This document shows positions 1 to 18,040 of a stretch of DNA of 64,000 nucleotides, in pieces. The notes under the pieces were generated by a model. The model did no database searches and had not been told where the DNA came from. It was given only the letters and a program-made list of their open reading frames with translations. Positions within the stretch are counted from its first letter, which is position 1. The number at the start of each line of letters is the position of its first letter. This DNA comes from Eledone cirrhosa (Eukaryota): positions 36,828,001 through 36,892,000 of the forward strand of contig OZ024759.1 of NCBI GenBank assembly GCA_964016885.1, written 5' to 3'. The position numbers and the translations under genes were made by a program.

Positions 1-275
1 CCAGATGAGCTTTGTGGTGAACGGGGAACAGGAAAATCATTTTTTGCATCATGGTGGTTTCTAGCATATGTTTGATTTCCCATGGGAGAAAATGACAGAT
101 ATTATCTCGCTTGCACATTGAAAGGAGGGGGAGGTGGAGGAGGAGGAATTGGGCAGTAGTGAAAATGTTTCCGATCTTTAAAGAGGTCTGTGGGAGTACC
201 CAGTTTAAGGGTCAAGCCCACACCTTTGTTACAACTCAACGTGTGTACAATGAGACGAAACGACCCGCACTATTG

Positions 276-301
276 CACACACTCACACACACAAACACAC
301 A

Positions 302-354
<53 letters not shown>

Positions 355-388
355 ACACACACACACACACAGACACACACACAGACAC

Positions 389-435
<47 letters not shown>

Positions 436-837
436 GACTTGCAGACTCACTCAAACATTGATATACATACGTTCCTATACACATTCATACATATACTGAC
501 ATACTAACATATACACACACACATATATATATATGTATATATGTATATATATATACATATGTGTGTGTGTATATGTTAGTATGTATATATATATATATAT
601 ATATATAGTGTGTGAGTGTATATATTCATATGGATGCATGTGTATATATATATATATATATATATACATATATGTTGTTTACATGAACATAATTTGTACA
701 TATATATATTTATATATTCATATGGATGTATATATATATTTATATATATATAGATATATATATATATACAAAATATGTCCATATAAACGATATATATGTG
801 AGTGTGTGTGTGTCTGTGTGTGTGTGTCTGTGTGTGT

Positions 838-884
<47 letters not shown>

Positions 885-890
885 TGTATG
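276..890. repeat. Compound (CA)n/(TA)n/(GT)n microsatellite block
   Basis: Dinucleotide runs visible directly; they give rise to the TH/YI/CV ORFs. Confidence 0.95.
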
Positions 891-1347
891 TAGGTCGGTG
901 TGTCCAATGCTAATGAAACGTTGATAATAAAAACAACAAAAAGAATTGAAAACAAAGGCTAATGAATATCGTTGGTTGACATTTTAGGATCACCTTATTG
1001 TAGCTTATACTGTTGTTGTTATTGTTCTAATCGTTAGCACTGTTGTTGTTCTTCTCGTTATTGTTGTTTCCTGGGTTTCAACGTTGCTGTTGTTGTCGCT
1101 ACTGTTGTTGCTTTTACCCACCCATCCGAGAGATGTGTTCGCTCAGCAGGATTTGAAAGCCATGAAACCTTTGATGATAGGGAATACAAAAACATATTGA
1201 AAGGAATGGAAAGGTCTTTGCTGATCCCATATAAATATAAATATATAGAATTGAGTTAGATCTGCTGCAGAGAAAGGCTTGAAAACAGACGTTTAGAGAG
1301 GCAGATAGATAAATAGACAAATATATATATATACATATATAAAACCA

Positions 1348-1670
1348 AAGAATAATATGGTACATTGATTACTCAATGAATATAGTTTTACAATAGATTA
1401 AAAGCACTCTACAATACTGGAATTGAACCATCAAGACCGTTGAGATATGTCATACATCAATTCGTGTATTTTATCTGACGAGGACGTACTGAAAAAAAAA
1501 CAGCACAGTACCTTTAAAATATATATAATAAAACATATTTTGATTATGTGAATGTATCCATTTATTAATATTTTGAATAATATTAATAACTCAAGAAAAA
1601 ATAACTGTAGAGTGCTTTTAATCTATTGTAAAACTATATTCATTGAGTAATCAATGAACCATATTAATCT

Positions 1671-1671
<1 letters not shown>
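1348..1671 (+). mobile_element. Non-autonomous PLE-like fold-back element, family A, with degenerate hammerhead
   Basis: ~65-bp inverted arms (1348-1413 / 1606-1671). The spacer holds ATTTTAT-CTGACGA-GGACGTACTG..CAGTACCTT-TAAAA-TATATA-TA-ATAAAA (GAAA mutated). Ends in (TA)n; homologous to 24000-24260 and 36628-36935. Confidence 0.75.
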
Positions 1672-1701
<30 letters not shown>

Positions 1702-2114
1702 AAATGGCGTGCTGCGTGGTTGCAAATGGGTTAGATATGAATAAAATTAATCCTTCATCAGTGATCTTCCAGCCTTCATTGGTATTTCATCGCTTTAAAG
1801 ATCATATACCTCTGGTTGGTGCGAGCAACGGCTAAAGAAAGTCGTTGGGACACGTAAATACTCCAAAACTTGTTGAGTGCTTTATATCAGTTATAAAATA
1901 TTTACTTGTTGTAACCCAACAATTTTAAATAAAACTTTGCATATATATATATATATATATATATGATGTAGGAGGTGAGTTTTATTGTAGCACAATAAAG
2001 CAATGCAAATATCGGATAAGTAGCACTCTACAGTTTATAGGACTGGAGTATATATATGTTGATTTAAAACTTCACTGCTCACAAGTGTTTTTTAAGCTTC
2101 ATATCATGTCTCCC

Positions 2115-2185
2115 TATTTTATCTGATGAGAACGCAAATATCATCCCATGATGATATTTGTTTTTGAAATGTGCGTAATAAAATA
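2115..2185 (+). ncRNA. Type I hammerhead ribozyme motif
   Basis: TATTTTAT-CTGATGA(2123)-stem II CAAATATCAT/ATGATATTTG-GAAA(2166)-T GTGC G-TA-ATAAAATA; stem I fully complementary. Confidence 0.8.
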
Positions 2186-2263
2186 CTTGGAACTCTTTTA
2201 ACCATCTGTTAATCTTATATATATATATATATATATTGTTATACTTTGGGAGGGTCATGTTGC

Positions 2264-2327
<64 letters not shown>

Positions 2328-2394
2328 GAATCAGAACCCCGACGGCATAGCTCAAGCCGTTTCGACAGCTATTTCTGGACTCCATATATATATA

Positions 2395-2643
2395 TGAATG
2401 AAGGAGTTACAAGCCGTTAAAATAAGTTCTTTATAAAGAACTTATTTTAACGGCGTGTAACTCCTTCATTCATTTGCTTATTCCTGCTCTGCTTAAACTC
2501 TCCGCTAAATATTAACTTCCTCTAATATTTAACTCTGCTAATCCAAGCATTGAGTGCACCACGCTTCGGTGAGTGGCATTTAGTCATCTGTATCGCACCT
2601 CTTTGTCACTCTCTGCTTCATCCTCTCTTACGATTCTTATACC

Positions 2644-2645
<2 letters not shown>
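2395..2645 (+). mobile_element. Palindrome plus tail, PLE-like fragment in (TA)n
   Basis: Near-perfect ~78-bp palindrome 2395-2473 centred on TTCTTTATAAAGAA, then a tail with TTGAGTGC (2550); TA tracts on both sides. Confidence 0.55.
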
Positions 2646-2734
<89 letters not shown>

Positions 2735-2741
<7 letters not shown>

Positions 2742-3168
2742 TAACAAATGGAAACTATATTTATAAAACCTTATTTATTCTATTATACATATTTCAAGGG
2801 CCACCAAGGCAGATTATGGTGCGCTTTCATCAAATAAAATATAATACAGATTAGTTTTATAAATAAATGTTGACATACCCTGAAAAAATGCAACCTTAAC
2901 GGTTGGAGCTTCCTGGATAAGCTTCCGTTAAGGTTGCCAATATTTATTTATAAAACTAATTAGTATTATATTTTATCTGATGAAAGCGCACCATAATCTG
3001 CCTTGGTGGCCCTTGAAATATGTATAATAGAATAAATATGGTTTTATAAATATAGTTTCCATTTGTTAATATATTGTATATTTACTCAAATAATTTGTTG
3101 AGTGCTTTATATCAGTTATAAAAATATTTTAGCTTGTTGTATCCCAACAAATTAAATATAACCTCTGC
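2735..3168 (+). mobile_element. Fold-back hammerhead element, family B
   Basis: Long inverted repeat ~2735-3075. HHR on + at 2969-3034 (CTGATGA 2977, GAAA 3015); mutated TTGATGA copy on - at 2776-2841; tail TTGAGTGC then (TA)n. Confidence 0.8.
2969..3034 (+). ncRNA. Type I hammerhead ribozyme motif
   Basis: TATTTTAT-CTGATGA-AAGCGCACCA..TGGTGGCCCTT-GAAA-T ATGT A-TA-ATAGAATA. Confidence 0.78.
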
Positions 3169-3169
3169 A

Positions 3170-3205
<36 letters not shown>

Positions 3206-3455
3206 CATTGTTGCTTCTAACTTCGATTTTGTACTGAATTACGTGTAGTTAACTATATGTCTAGTCAATTTCTACAGGCTAGAATGAATATTAGGTAAAT
3301 ATCATATGGCTGATCATCGCGGAAAAGAAGATATATCATTTGTCTATTATTTCTTCATGAGTACATTTTAAACTAATAGCCTCGTTTAAATGTGGTTGAT
3401 TTATACTGAATGGGAGAGGAAATACTGTATATATTTTATCTAATGATTCTTTGGA

Positions 3456-3498
<43 letters not shown>

Positions 3499-3584
3499 AA
3501 CAATCAAAACAACATAAACTGACCAACATATAAACGTTAGACTTTTTATATGCCATATATATTCATTCTATCTACAGAGGTCCT

Positions 3585-3705
3585 ATGAGCTTAAGATTCC
3601 AGAGTCGGGCCAGATCGATACAGATCGAACGTTCAGCTGATCAGTTGCGAAACGCACGTCCCCAACCAATAAACATAATGAAGGAGTAACCATTCTTCCT
3701 TGTAT
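3585..3705 (+). mobile_element. PLE-like fragment with hammerhead 3' half, homologous to 30640-30745 (-)
   Basis: AGATCGATACAGAT..CTGATCA..GCGAAACGC.C.TC..CAATAAAC.TAATGAAG is shared with the reverse complement of 30650-30740. Confidence 0.55.
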
Positions 3706-3708
3706 TAT

Positions 3709-3709
<1 letters not shown>

Positions 3710-3770
<61 letters not shown>

Positions 3771-4066
3771 ATATATATACATATATATATATATATATAT
3801 GGATATATATACATACATATATATATGGATATATATACATACATATATATATATATATGGATATATATATCGATATATATATGGATATATATACATATAT
3901 ATATGGATATATATACATATATATATATATACATATGGATATATATATATGGATATATATATATGCATATATATATATACATATATATATATACATATAT
4001 ATATATACATATATATATATACATATATATATATATATGCATATATATATATATATGCATATATAT

Positions 4067-4097
<31 letters not shown>

Positions 4098-4125
4098 GCA
4101 TATATATATATATATGCATATATAT

Positions 4126-4156
<31 letters not shown>

Positions 4157-4206
4157 GCATATATATTATATATATATGTATATATATATATATGTATATA
4201 TATGCA

Positions 4207-4238
<32 letters not shown>

Positions 4239-4461
4239 GCATATATATATATATGCATATATATATGCATATATATATATATGCATATATATTATATATA
4301 TATATATATGCATATATATATTATATATATATATATGCATATATATTATATATATATATATGCATATATATTATATATATATATATGCATATATATATAC
4401 ATATATATATATACATATATATATATATGTATGCATATATTATATATATATATATATATAC

Positions 4462-4519
<58 letters not shown>

Positions 4520-4540
4520 TATATGCATGCATATATATAA
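3710..4540. repeat. Interrupted (TA)n array
   Basis: TA runs with GG, C and GC interruptions. Confidence 0.95.
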
Positions 4541-5010
4541 ACTCACTTTGTTATCCATGTGTATCTAGCCACGATTTCTAATCCTACTAATGAGTGACCA
4601 CCTCCCCCTCCACCTACCCTTACTAGGGTGAGGTAGGGTGTCAGGTGGGAAGGGGTGGGCTATGCTGCCCTTATCAAAAGCAGCATCTTCGATTGCTATG
4701 TAAAAGTTTAAAGGTTAACAATGCCGACTCTCCTCTTAAAACATTTTCAGTTTTATATTGGATAATAAGCGAAAAGCTAAAATGTTCCGACTATAATGGC
4801 GTTGATGATGGTGGTGGTGGTGGTGGTGGTGGTCAGCGAGAAGGATGATGATGGTGGTGGTGGTGATGATGGTGGTGATTGTGGGGTGGTAGTAATGGTG
4901 GTGGTGGTGGTGTTGATAGTGGCGTTGATGGTCAGTGAGAGGGATGATGATGGTTGTGGTGATGGTGATGTTAATGCTGATACGGATAGTAGTGGTGGTG
5001 GTAGCGATGA

Positions 5011-5200
5011 TAATAATTGTTTCTACTTTAGGCACATGGCCAGCCATAACCCCCAGTGTATTACTGGTACTTTATTTTATTGACTCCGTAAGGATGAAAG
5101 GCAAAGTCAACCTCGGCAAGATTTGAACTCAGACCGTAAAGGGACGTAACTGTGCTAGAAAGCATGGCGTCCGACCCTCTACCCATACTGCCATTCCACC
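5011..5200 (-). mobile_element. tRNA-derived SINE (family 1)
   Basis: Reverse strand has TGGCAG..GG A box, GAGTTCAAAT B box, CCGAGGTTGACTTTGCCTTTCATCC core and a (TAT)-type tail; more than 12 copies in the window. Confidence 0.9.
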
Positions 5201-5989
5201 GAATGATGAATATGATGATGATGATGGTGATGTGTATTGGTAGACAGATAGATCATCATCATCATCATGGTGATGACAATTATTAGGCTTTCTAATATTA
5301 TTACCGTTATTACCATGGCGATAATTACGATCACAATCCTTATCATCATCATCATCATCATCTCCGTCGTCACATCACCGTCGTCATGGTCGTCATCATT
5401 GCCATCTTAACTCACCATCATCATCACAAACCTTCATAACTTTAGCATTACCACCAACACCACCACCACCAACACCATCACCACTACCCCAACAACCACC
5501 ACCACCCTCCCCACCACCACCCACGCCACCACCACCCTCATCACCACCACCACCACCACCACTACCACAACAACCATCATCATCATCATCAACAACACTC
5601 TACCAATATAAAACACCAGTTTTATCCTGACTCATTCATTAGTCATCTATGATGTCACCTTCATTTTTATCGTCTCTTCTCCTTGTTGTTGTGGTGGTTG
5701 TTGTTGTGGTTGGTGTTGTTGTGGTTGTTGTGGTTGTTGTTGGTGTTGTTGTTGGTGTAGTAGTAATATTAGTAGTAGTAGTAGTAGTAGTAGTAGTTAT
5801 TGTTGAAGTTCCTCCTCAAACAAAATGAATTCCAGCCAGGATACTCCAGTCTCTTTAGCGATATTTATCTAACAAACAAGTTTACATTATATAATAAACA
5901 ACCTTCCATATTTACAGACTCTACCGTTTCATTTGTGGAGCTGTTAAATATGTCAAATATCCACATTAACATTACTTATTTTTATTCAA

Positions 5990-6260
5990 CTTATGGTTAC
6001 TCGGGTAACCAACGTCGGCAGCCCATCTGAGGAAGGATCCTCGCAAGGTGCGGTGGCTGTTGCAGCAGGTGTCACTGGCCATTGTCCGCAGAAATGCTTT
6101 TGTGGTCTTGTCCGCGAGGGATGCAGCCCCAAGACGGCCTCGTCTTGGGTGTGGGGGCGAGAGAGATGGATGTGAAGACAGTGGGAGTTCGGTTCTTCCA
6201 CGTTCGGGCCATATCCTTGTGTTTTTGTTCATTATATTTATATCTATCTATCTATATAAG
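5990..6260 (+). pseudogene. 3' remnant of a CRE-like (RLE) non-LTR retrotransposon
   Basis: DPRKVRWLLQQVSLAIVRRNAFVVLS resembles the DPR..FL.QRISLAIQRGNA C-terminus of CRE-clade ORFs; GC-rich island. Confidence 0.55.
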
Positions 6261-6642
6261 CACGTAGTGAGTTTCATTTTATCTATATTTTAAACTTTAT
6301 CTGAAAAGAAATGGTATTCAGAACAACTTAGAAATAGTTAGAGCTGTTTAGAAATTATTTTTATAGTCATTCATTCGTGCAGTTACTAATTATTTTATTA
6401 AAGAAATATTTCTGTTAAAGTAGAGGAAGATATTTAATTCTAGAATATAACTATTAAGATAAGTCAACCCTGCCTAAATCTTCTCTTTGATATCGATATT
6501 AATGGCAGATATAGGAAGATAATATAGTATACAGTTAGAGAGATGAAATGGCTGTGTTTCCTTGTGTGTATATATATATATATATACATACATACATATA
6601 TATATATTATATACACGTATATATGTATGTAGATATATATAT

Positions 6643-6694
<52 letters not shown>

Positions 6695-6823
6695 GTATGT
6701 GTGTGTGTATATGTATGTATATATGTGCATGTATGTATGTCTATGTATCTATATACATATGTATTTATATATATATGTGTGTGTGTATATACATGCATAT
6801 ATATACATGATTGTATATATATG

Positions 6824-6882
<59 letters not shown>

Positions 6883-7239
6883 TTGTATGTATATATATTG
6901 TGGGTGGATCTGTTCAGACATCATAGAAACTGATATGTTGATGGTAATGCTTTGGGAGTAAACCATGTGTGACGTATTGAGGTAACGACAATCTCTAATC
7001 ACACACACACACACACACACGCATATATATATGTGTGCGTGTGTGTCTGTCTGTGTGTGTGTGTGTGTGTATGGGTGTGTGAGAAGAGAAAGGGTTATAT
7101 AAGGTGAAGGCAGCGAACTGCATCACAACTCTGCCTCATCAACCACTATGTGGTGAACCATTTCGTGCATTAAGGTGTTATTGGGCTTGCAATGGGTAAC
7201 AGTGGAAGACCGCTCTGTTGATTAGATTCGTATGTGTGT

Positions 7240-8393
<1,154 letters not shown>

Positions 8394-8644
8394 TTTCGTT
8401 TCTGAATTTGTTTAGCAAGATTCTTTATCTGAAATCGTGTGTTGAAACCGATATTGTTATACTTTGGGAGGGTCATGTTGCCAATAAGAAACACACGCAC
8501 CAGTTGCTTTCACTTCAATTTAATTTAATATATATTTATAAATTTACAAATTTATAAATTTCTGGTTGGTTGGTTGGTTCCACAACCAGATAGTTGTTTA
8601 TATATATATAGTCATAGTTCTTTCGTCACACACTGAAAATGGCG

Positions 8645-11450
<2,806 letters not shown>

Positions 11451-11454
<4 letters not shown>

Positions 11455-11634
11455 TGAGATTCTACAGGACTAGAACTGTTTCATTCTTTAGAAATCATCA
11501 GGGATTCCTGATGATTTCTAAAGAATGAAACAGTTCTAGTCCTGTAGAATCTCATCTATATTAAAACTTTTATACTCTGCTATGTATTGAGTACCTTACT
11601 TACTGTGGTTACCTCCGATTCAACCCGGAATAAC

Positions 11635-11635
<1 letters not shown>
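11451..11635 (+). mobile_element. Fold-back hammerhead element, family C
   Basis: Perfect palindrome ~11451-11558 centred on GATT (11503-11506), then a tail with TTGAGTAC; embedded in (TA)n; near-identical inverted copy at 38285-38478. Confidence 0.85.
11501..11553 (+). ncRNA. Type I hammerhead ribozyme motif
   Basis: GGGATTC-CTGATGA-TTTCT AA AGAAT-GAAA-CAG TTCTAGTC CTG-TA-GAATCTC. Confidence 0.8.
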
Positions 11636-11709
<74 letters not shown>

Positions 11710-12059
11710 CATATATAGTATATAGTATTTATCTATATATATATATATATGTTTGTCATAAAATTCTCTGAAAGGCTACAAAATAAATTCCCAAATACGG
11801 GCGCGAAATTTGATGAATTACATTTATTACATTGAATTACATGAAATTACATTTATTTAAAAAAAGCCTTCGTGAGCCCCTTTTTTTAAGTAAAAAGAAA
11901 TTTAAACATTCATATATGAAAAAAACAACCTGATTTCCCCCCCCCCCCCCCCCCCCCACCCCCACCCCCCCCCCTTGTTTGAAGAACTTTGTAGCGCGAA
12001 ATTTATTATACTTATTGACCAACCAATCAAATTACTTCTCGAGCCACTTTTTTCCATTT

Positions 12060-12293
12060 AAAACAAATAACATTCAAAGACCAACCAGATGTGAGAAAAA
12101 CCACAGACCCTCCATCTCAACTCTACTTTTGAAAAGCAGAAGAACTGCGAAACCGGTAAAGGAACCAAATAAATATATATATATTTTTTTTTAAATAAGA
12201 CTCCAGTTGCATTTTCGATTTCATCTTTTTTTCTTTATAATTTCACTCGTGTAGGACACCTCGGTTATTTTTCATTTTGTAAAAAAACCTCAC

Positions 12294-12300
<7 letters not shown>
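12060..12300 (+). mobile_element. PLE-like fragment with degenerate minimal hammerhead; second copy at 24803-25015 (-)
   Basis: CTT-TTGAAAA-GCAG AAGAA CTGC-GAAA-CCGG-TA-AAG at ~12124-12163; homologous to the reverse complement of 24803-25015; both end in (TA)n. Confidence 0.6.
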
Positions 12301-12370
<70 letters not shown>

Positions 12371-12393
12371 GTATATACATATATATTTGTATG

Positions 12394-12431
<38 letters not shown>

Positions 12432-12759
12432 TATATATATATCTCTCTCTCTTTCATACCAACACCCCACTCTCCAGAGCGTGAAATTAATAAACATTCG
12501 TTGTACTGCCTCTCTGTTTTGTCCCTGTTCAAATTTTTCCATTATATATATATATATATATAACATACTGTAGTATGCTAACTGTACTGAATGTCAATCT
12601 ATTTAGATATCTCTATAGCAATAAGAGTATCAGGATATCAGAGTATCGGATAACTATTAATCAGTATTATGTCATCATCTTATTGAAATGGATATAACCT
12701 ATAGTATAACGGTGGATAGGGTGAGGATATCGACATTGTAGACTGGTAGAGATATAGAG

Positions 12760-13262
12760 TGTGGTGGTGGTGATGGTGGTGGTGGTCACGGTGGTGGTCA
12801 CGGTGGTGATGGTGGTGGTGACGGTGGTGATGGTGCTGGTGGTGGTGGTGGTGGTGTTAGTGAGGTTGGTGGTGGTGGCGTTGGTGAAGGTGATGGTGAT
12901 GGTGGTGGTGGTGTTCATGATGATGCTGATGATCTTGGTGAGGTTGATGGTGATGATGGCGTTGGTGATGTTGACGATCTTGATGTTGTTGTTGTTGTTG
13001 TTGTTGTTGTGTTAATAATGGTGGTAGAGCTGGTACTTCTATATATTTGCCTGCTGGTCTCAATAATGTCTTGGTTGTTGTTGTAATAGTTGCTGCTGCT
13101 GTTGTTACCGTGGTGTTGGTGTTGGTGTTGTTGTTGTAATAGTTGCTGCTGCTGTTGTTACCGTGGTGTTGTTGGTGTTGGTGTTGTTGTTGTAATAGTT
13201 GCTGCTGCTGTTGTTACCGTGGTGTTGGTGTTGGTGTTGTTGTTGTAATTGTTGTTGTTGTT
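12760..13262. repeat. (GGT)/(GTT) trinucleotide tract and ~55-60-bp unit x3
   Basis: GTAATAGTTGCTGCTGCTGTTGTTACCGTGGTG occurs three times at 13083-13225. Confidence 0.85.
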
Positions 13263-13403
13263 GCTGTATTTTCTGACATTAGATAATGTTTGTACTACAT
13301 GACAATATTTTGGTTTTTGTTTTGATTGCTTTTAATATACACACTATTTTATGAATATACACGCATACACACACATATACACATACACACACACACATAT
13401 ATG

Positions 13404-13454
<51 letters not shown>

Positions 13455-13657
13455 CCACTCACACATACATATATATATATAGTTACATATTTATACATAT
13501 ATATATATATATATACACACACACTTATATATATATATATATATTTCTTTGCTCTTTTTTTCTTCTTGACGGTGTTGTTCTTATCACCATCACCAGTTCT
13601 GTTTTTTCTGAAAATACAAAAATAATTCTTAGTTTTATACCTGTGTAGCGTGTGTGC

Positions 13658-13696
<39 letters not shown>

Positions 13697-14440
13697 GGGG
13701 GGGTGACTTTGTGTATTATAGAGAGGGAGAGAAAAACATATGAGACTGGACTTTCCATATATATATATATATATATATATACAGACACACACGCACACAC
13801 ATATATGTATATATATTGGCGGGAATGTGTCTAAGATTCTTTCCGTATTACATATGTGATTGGGTGAAATCCCTTGTGTAATAAGAAGAAAGCTTAGTTG
13901 GAAAACTATTTCACTTGTGTACCAATATGTCTATGTTTCTGTGTATGTACATGTGTGTGTGTGTGTGTGCATAATGTTTGTGTATACATATGTATATGTG
14001 TTTGGCTATTTTGGGCCGTGTATATTTTTTTATTTGTGGGCTGGAAGGTCGGTGTGGGGGGTGAGGTGGGGTGATCATTCATTTGTATTCTGAGAGAGTA
14101 AATATACGTATTTTTATCACCATTATTATTGTTATTATTATTAGTATTATTATTAAGGTGCATATATGTTTCCCCTCCATGTCATATATACACATATATA
14201 TATATATATATATATAGTGTGTGTGTGTGAAAGGCAAATAGAAATAACAACACAATCGGTACAGTATATGGAAGGAATGTATTAGTTTAACGCTTGAAAT
14301 AGTAGGAAGAGTGCCATAACTTTTCGGATGATAGTCCTTTATCATTCATCAGAAGATAGAATGAGAAATTAGAAAGATTGGAGGGACAAGCAGGGCGGAA
14401 TCGGAAAATTTGTTTTTAGAGAAAACTAGCAGGTTTAAAG

Positions 14441-14798
14441 ATGGTGAATGGGTGCTACACGAGAACGCTGAGGATGGCTCTGAACATTAATCAGTACACA
14501 CTGAGGATGAAGTACTCAGAGCTGTACGGGAGCCTCCCCAAAGTCAGCTCAAAAGTAACACAGGGGAGGCTGAGGTTAGCTGGACATGCTCACCGACATC
14601 CAGAGTTGACACTGCACTCAGTGCTCCTGTGGGAGCCCCTGCATAGACACACTGTAAGAGGGAGACCAAGGTTAACATATGTTGATGCCCTAAGGACAGA
14701 CACTGGTCTGTTGGAGACACAGGACATGGCAGCGATAATGAAGGACAGAGACCGCTGGAGAGAACTCGTCCATGGATCTCTGGAATGTTACCCGCCCT
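14441..14798 (+). pseudogene. 3' end of an RTE/RTEX-like LINE ORF2
   Basis: RLRLAGHAHRHPE..LLWEP..RGRPRLTYVD..DRDRWR, a typical post-RT C-terminus; (TA)n tail; second copy at 37994-38267. Confidence 0.8.
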
Positions 14799-15099
14799 AT
14801 ATATATATATATATATATATATGAGCTAAGGTTGCTTGGATACGTCCATAGGCGGTATGACGGTTGAGCACTCTATGGTGCTTCGGAGCAGAGTATGACA
14901 ATATGGAAAACGATGAATCAGTGATGCAGCGAACAGCTGAGGTGTGATCTGTTTGTGGATCGAACCTGACTCTGGATTCGCAAGTTCCTCAGATACGTCT
15001 AGTGACCTGGAAGCTGTTCGCCGGAGAAACAATTGTAATACGTAATAAATTGTGTTCCGAAGCATCACTAATTCTTCGGTTTCTATATTATATGTATAC

Positions 15100-15220
<121 letters not shown>

Positions 15221-15487
15221 GTGTGTATACATACACATACATACATATATATATATATATATCTGTTGTGTAGTAGTGTGGAGGTTGTATGGCAGATCTA
15301 TGAAGGGAAGTGTAAAGACGAACCAACTAAGCTAGTATTTCGAGGGAGGAACCAAATACTTTTTAATCTCTTTCCGATGACAGATCAAGATAGAACACTG
15401 TCGCAGTCGTGAAACCATTTTCAATTATATTCTCTCTGTGTTTCCAGTGTGTAGAGTGGGAGAGTTGGGTGTATACGCGCGTTAAAA

Positions 15488-15539
<52 letters not shown>

Positions 15540-15626
15540 AGATGGTAAAAAAAACCCATATGAGACGAATGACCATAGTATGTGCACCTAGAAAGTTTTT
15601 CTTCCAAGACACAAGTTCGGACAAGG

Positions 15627-15698
<72 letters not shown>

Positions 15699-15795
15699 CA
15701 CACATACGCATAAGCATGCATACAAATGTGTGGTGTGTTGTATGTGTTTGTGTATATGTATATATGCATGTATATGTATATATATATATGTATGT

Positions 15796-15897
<102 letters not shown>

Positions 15898-15960
15898 ACA
15901 TATATAGGCGTACATGTGTGTGTGTCCTGGATTCAATCGGGGGGAACCACACACACACTG

Positions 15961-15996
<36 letters not shown>

Positions 15997-16156
15997 GAAG
16001 ACTAAGGTTATAGATATGTATATACGTGTGTCAATGATGTATGAATGCGTACATGAGCATATATATATGTATATACATACATTACATACATACACGCAAA
16101 TAGACAAAGAAACACACACGCATACATATATGTACAGACACACCTACAAACACACA

Positions 16157-16198
<42 letters not shown>

Positions 16199-16299
16199 TG
16201 TGTGTGTGTGTGTAAACTTATACATTTATATCTGTCTCTGTTTTTTTTTTATCATAATGTTTGGTTTCTAATTACGATCACTCCAGTCAGACACCCATG

Positions 16300-17250
16300 T
16301 ACCACCACCACCACCACCACCACCACCACCACCACCACCCCCCAACGACCCTCCCCCCACAACCACCACCACCACCACCACCACCTCACAACCACCACCA
16401 CCATCACCGCACAACCACTACCACCACCACCACACCACCACCACCACCACCCGACAACCACTACCACCACCACCCGACAACCACTACCACCACCACCACC
16501 ACCACCACCACCCGACTAGCCATCACAACCATCAACTCCACCGTAACACCCGACTGAGCCACCTCCCTGACAGGCAGACCAACACTACCACCACTACCAC
16601 CACCACCCACCACCCACCACCACCACCATCACCAGACAACCACTATCACCACTACCACAACTACCACCACTACCACCAGTACCACTACCGCCACCACCAG
16701 ACAACCACTACCACCACTACCACCACTACCACCACTACCACCACAACCACTACCACCACCACGATTACCACCACCACCACCAGACCAACACTACCACCAC
16801 CACCACCACCACCACCACCAGACAACCACTACCACCACTACCACCATTCCATCTCCATCACCACGACAATGCCACCCGACAAAGCCACCACCTTGACAAG
16901 TACACCGCCATACCACCACCACCACCATCACCACCCGACTAAGCAACCATCCTAACAACCCCACCACCACCACTACCATCCCCACCACCACCACCATACC
17001 ACCCCGACAACGACACCAACAACATCGCTGTTACTTCATTTCATCTGAAACTGACTAAATGTGTTGTCATTGTTGTTGGTGGTGGAGATGGTGGAGGTGG
17101 TGGTGGAGGTGGTGGTGGTGGCGGTGGTGACGGTGGCGGTGGTGGTGGAGGTGGTGGTGGTTGTGCTGCTGCTGCTGTTGTTGTTGCTGTTGGTGGTGCT
17201 GTTGCTGCTGTTGTTATTGTTGTGGTTTGTGTTGCTGCTGTTGGTGGTGT
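16300..17250. repeat. (CAC)n then (GGT)n/(GCT)n low-complexity tracts
   Basis: Seen directly. Confidence 0.9.
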
Positions 17251-18040
17251 TTCCTATATTTCTATGTGTGTATGTATATGTGTATGTATGTGTATATATA
17301 TGTATGTTATCTGTATGTATATGTGTATATATGTATATATATATGTATGTCTATGTGTATGTATATATATATATATGTGTATATATGTATGTTTATATGT
17401 ATGTATATGTATATATATATATATGCATATATGTATATTTGTATGTATGTGCCTATATATCCATATATATATGTATATTTATGTGTATGTATATATATGT
17501 ATGTTTGTATGTATGTATATATATATATATATGTATGTTTATGTGTATATTTGTATATTTATATATTTTCCTTGTGTCAACAGTTTTCTTTTTATAATCT
17601 CATTATCAATGAAAACCGTATCGCTTACATTATTGATAAGAGGTTAATGTAAACACATACACATACACATACACGCACACACACACACGCATACATACAC
17701 ACATACAAGCACACGCGAGTACACATACACGCGTGCACACAGAAACACAAAATATACACACATACACAGACACACATACACACACATACACACACATACA
17801 CACACATACACACACATACACACACTCTCAAAAGGTGAACTTCTAATAAAGGATTCGAACATATAGTTCAAATATACATGCATTTATTATATTAGTATAT
17901 ATATATATATATATATATATGAGCGTGTATGTATATGCGTATATATGTCTGTATATAAATATAAATGTATATATCTACATATATATGTATATATAAATAT
18001 ATATGTATATATACATATACATATATATACATATATATAC

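Noticed and set aside
11755-12050. Homeodomain-like sites suggesting enhancers (also 26870-27000, 27740-27860, 51850-51890)
   Set aside because: Short AT-rich motifs are expected by chance; conservation data would be needed
14990-15050. Possible hammerhead CTAGTGA..GAAA-CAATTG-TA
   Set aside because: Core and stem I too degenerate to call, although the island is probably PLE-like
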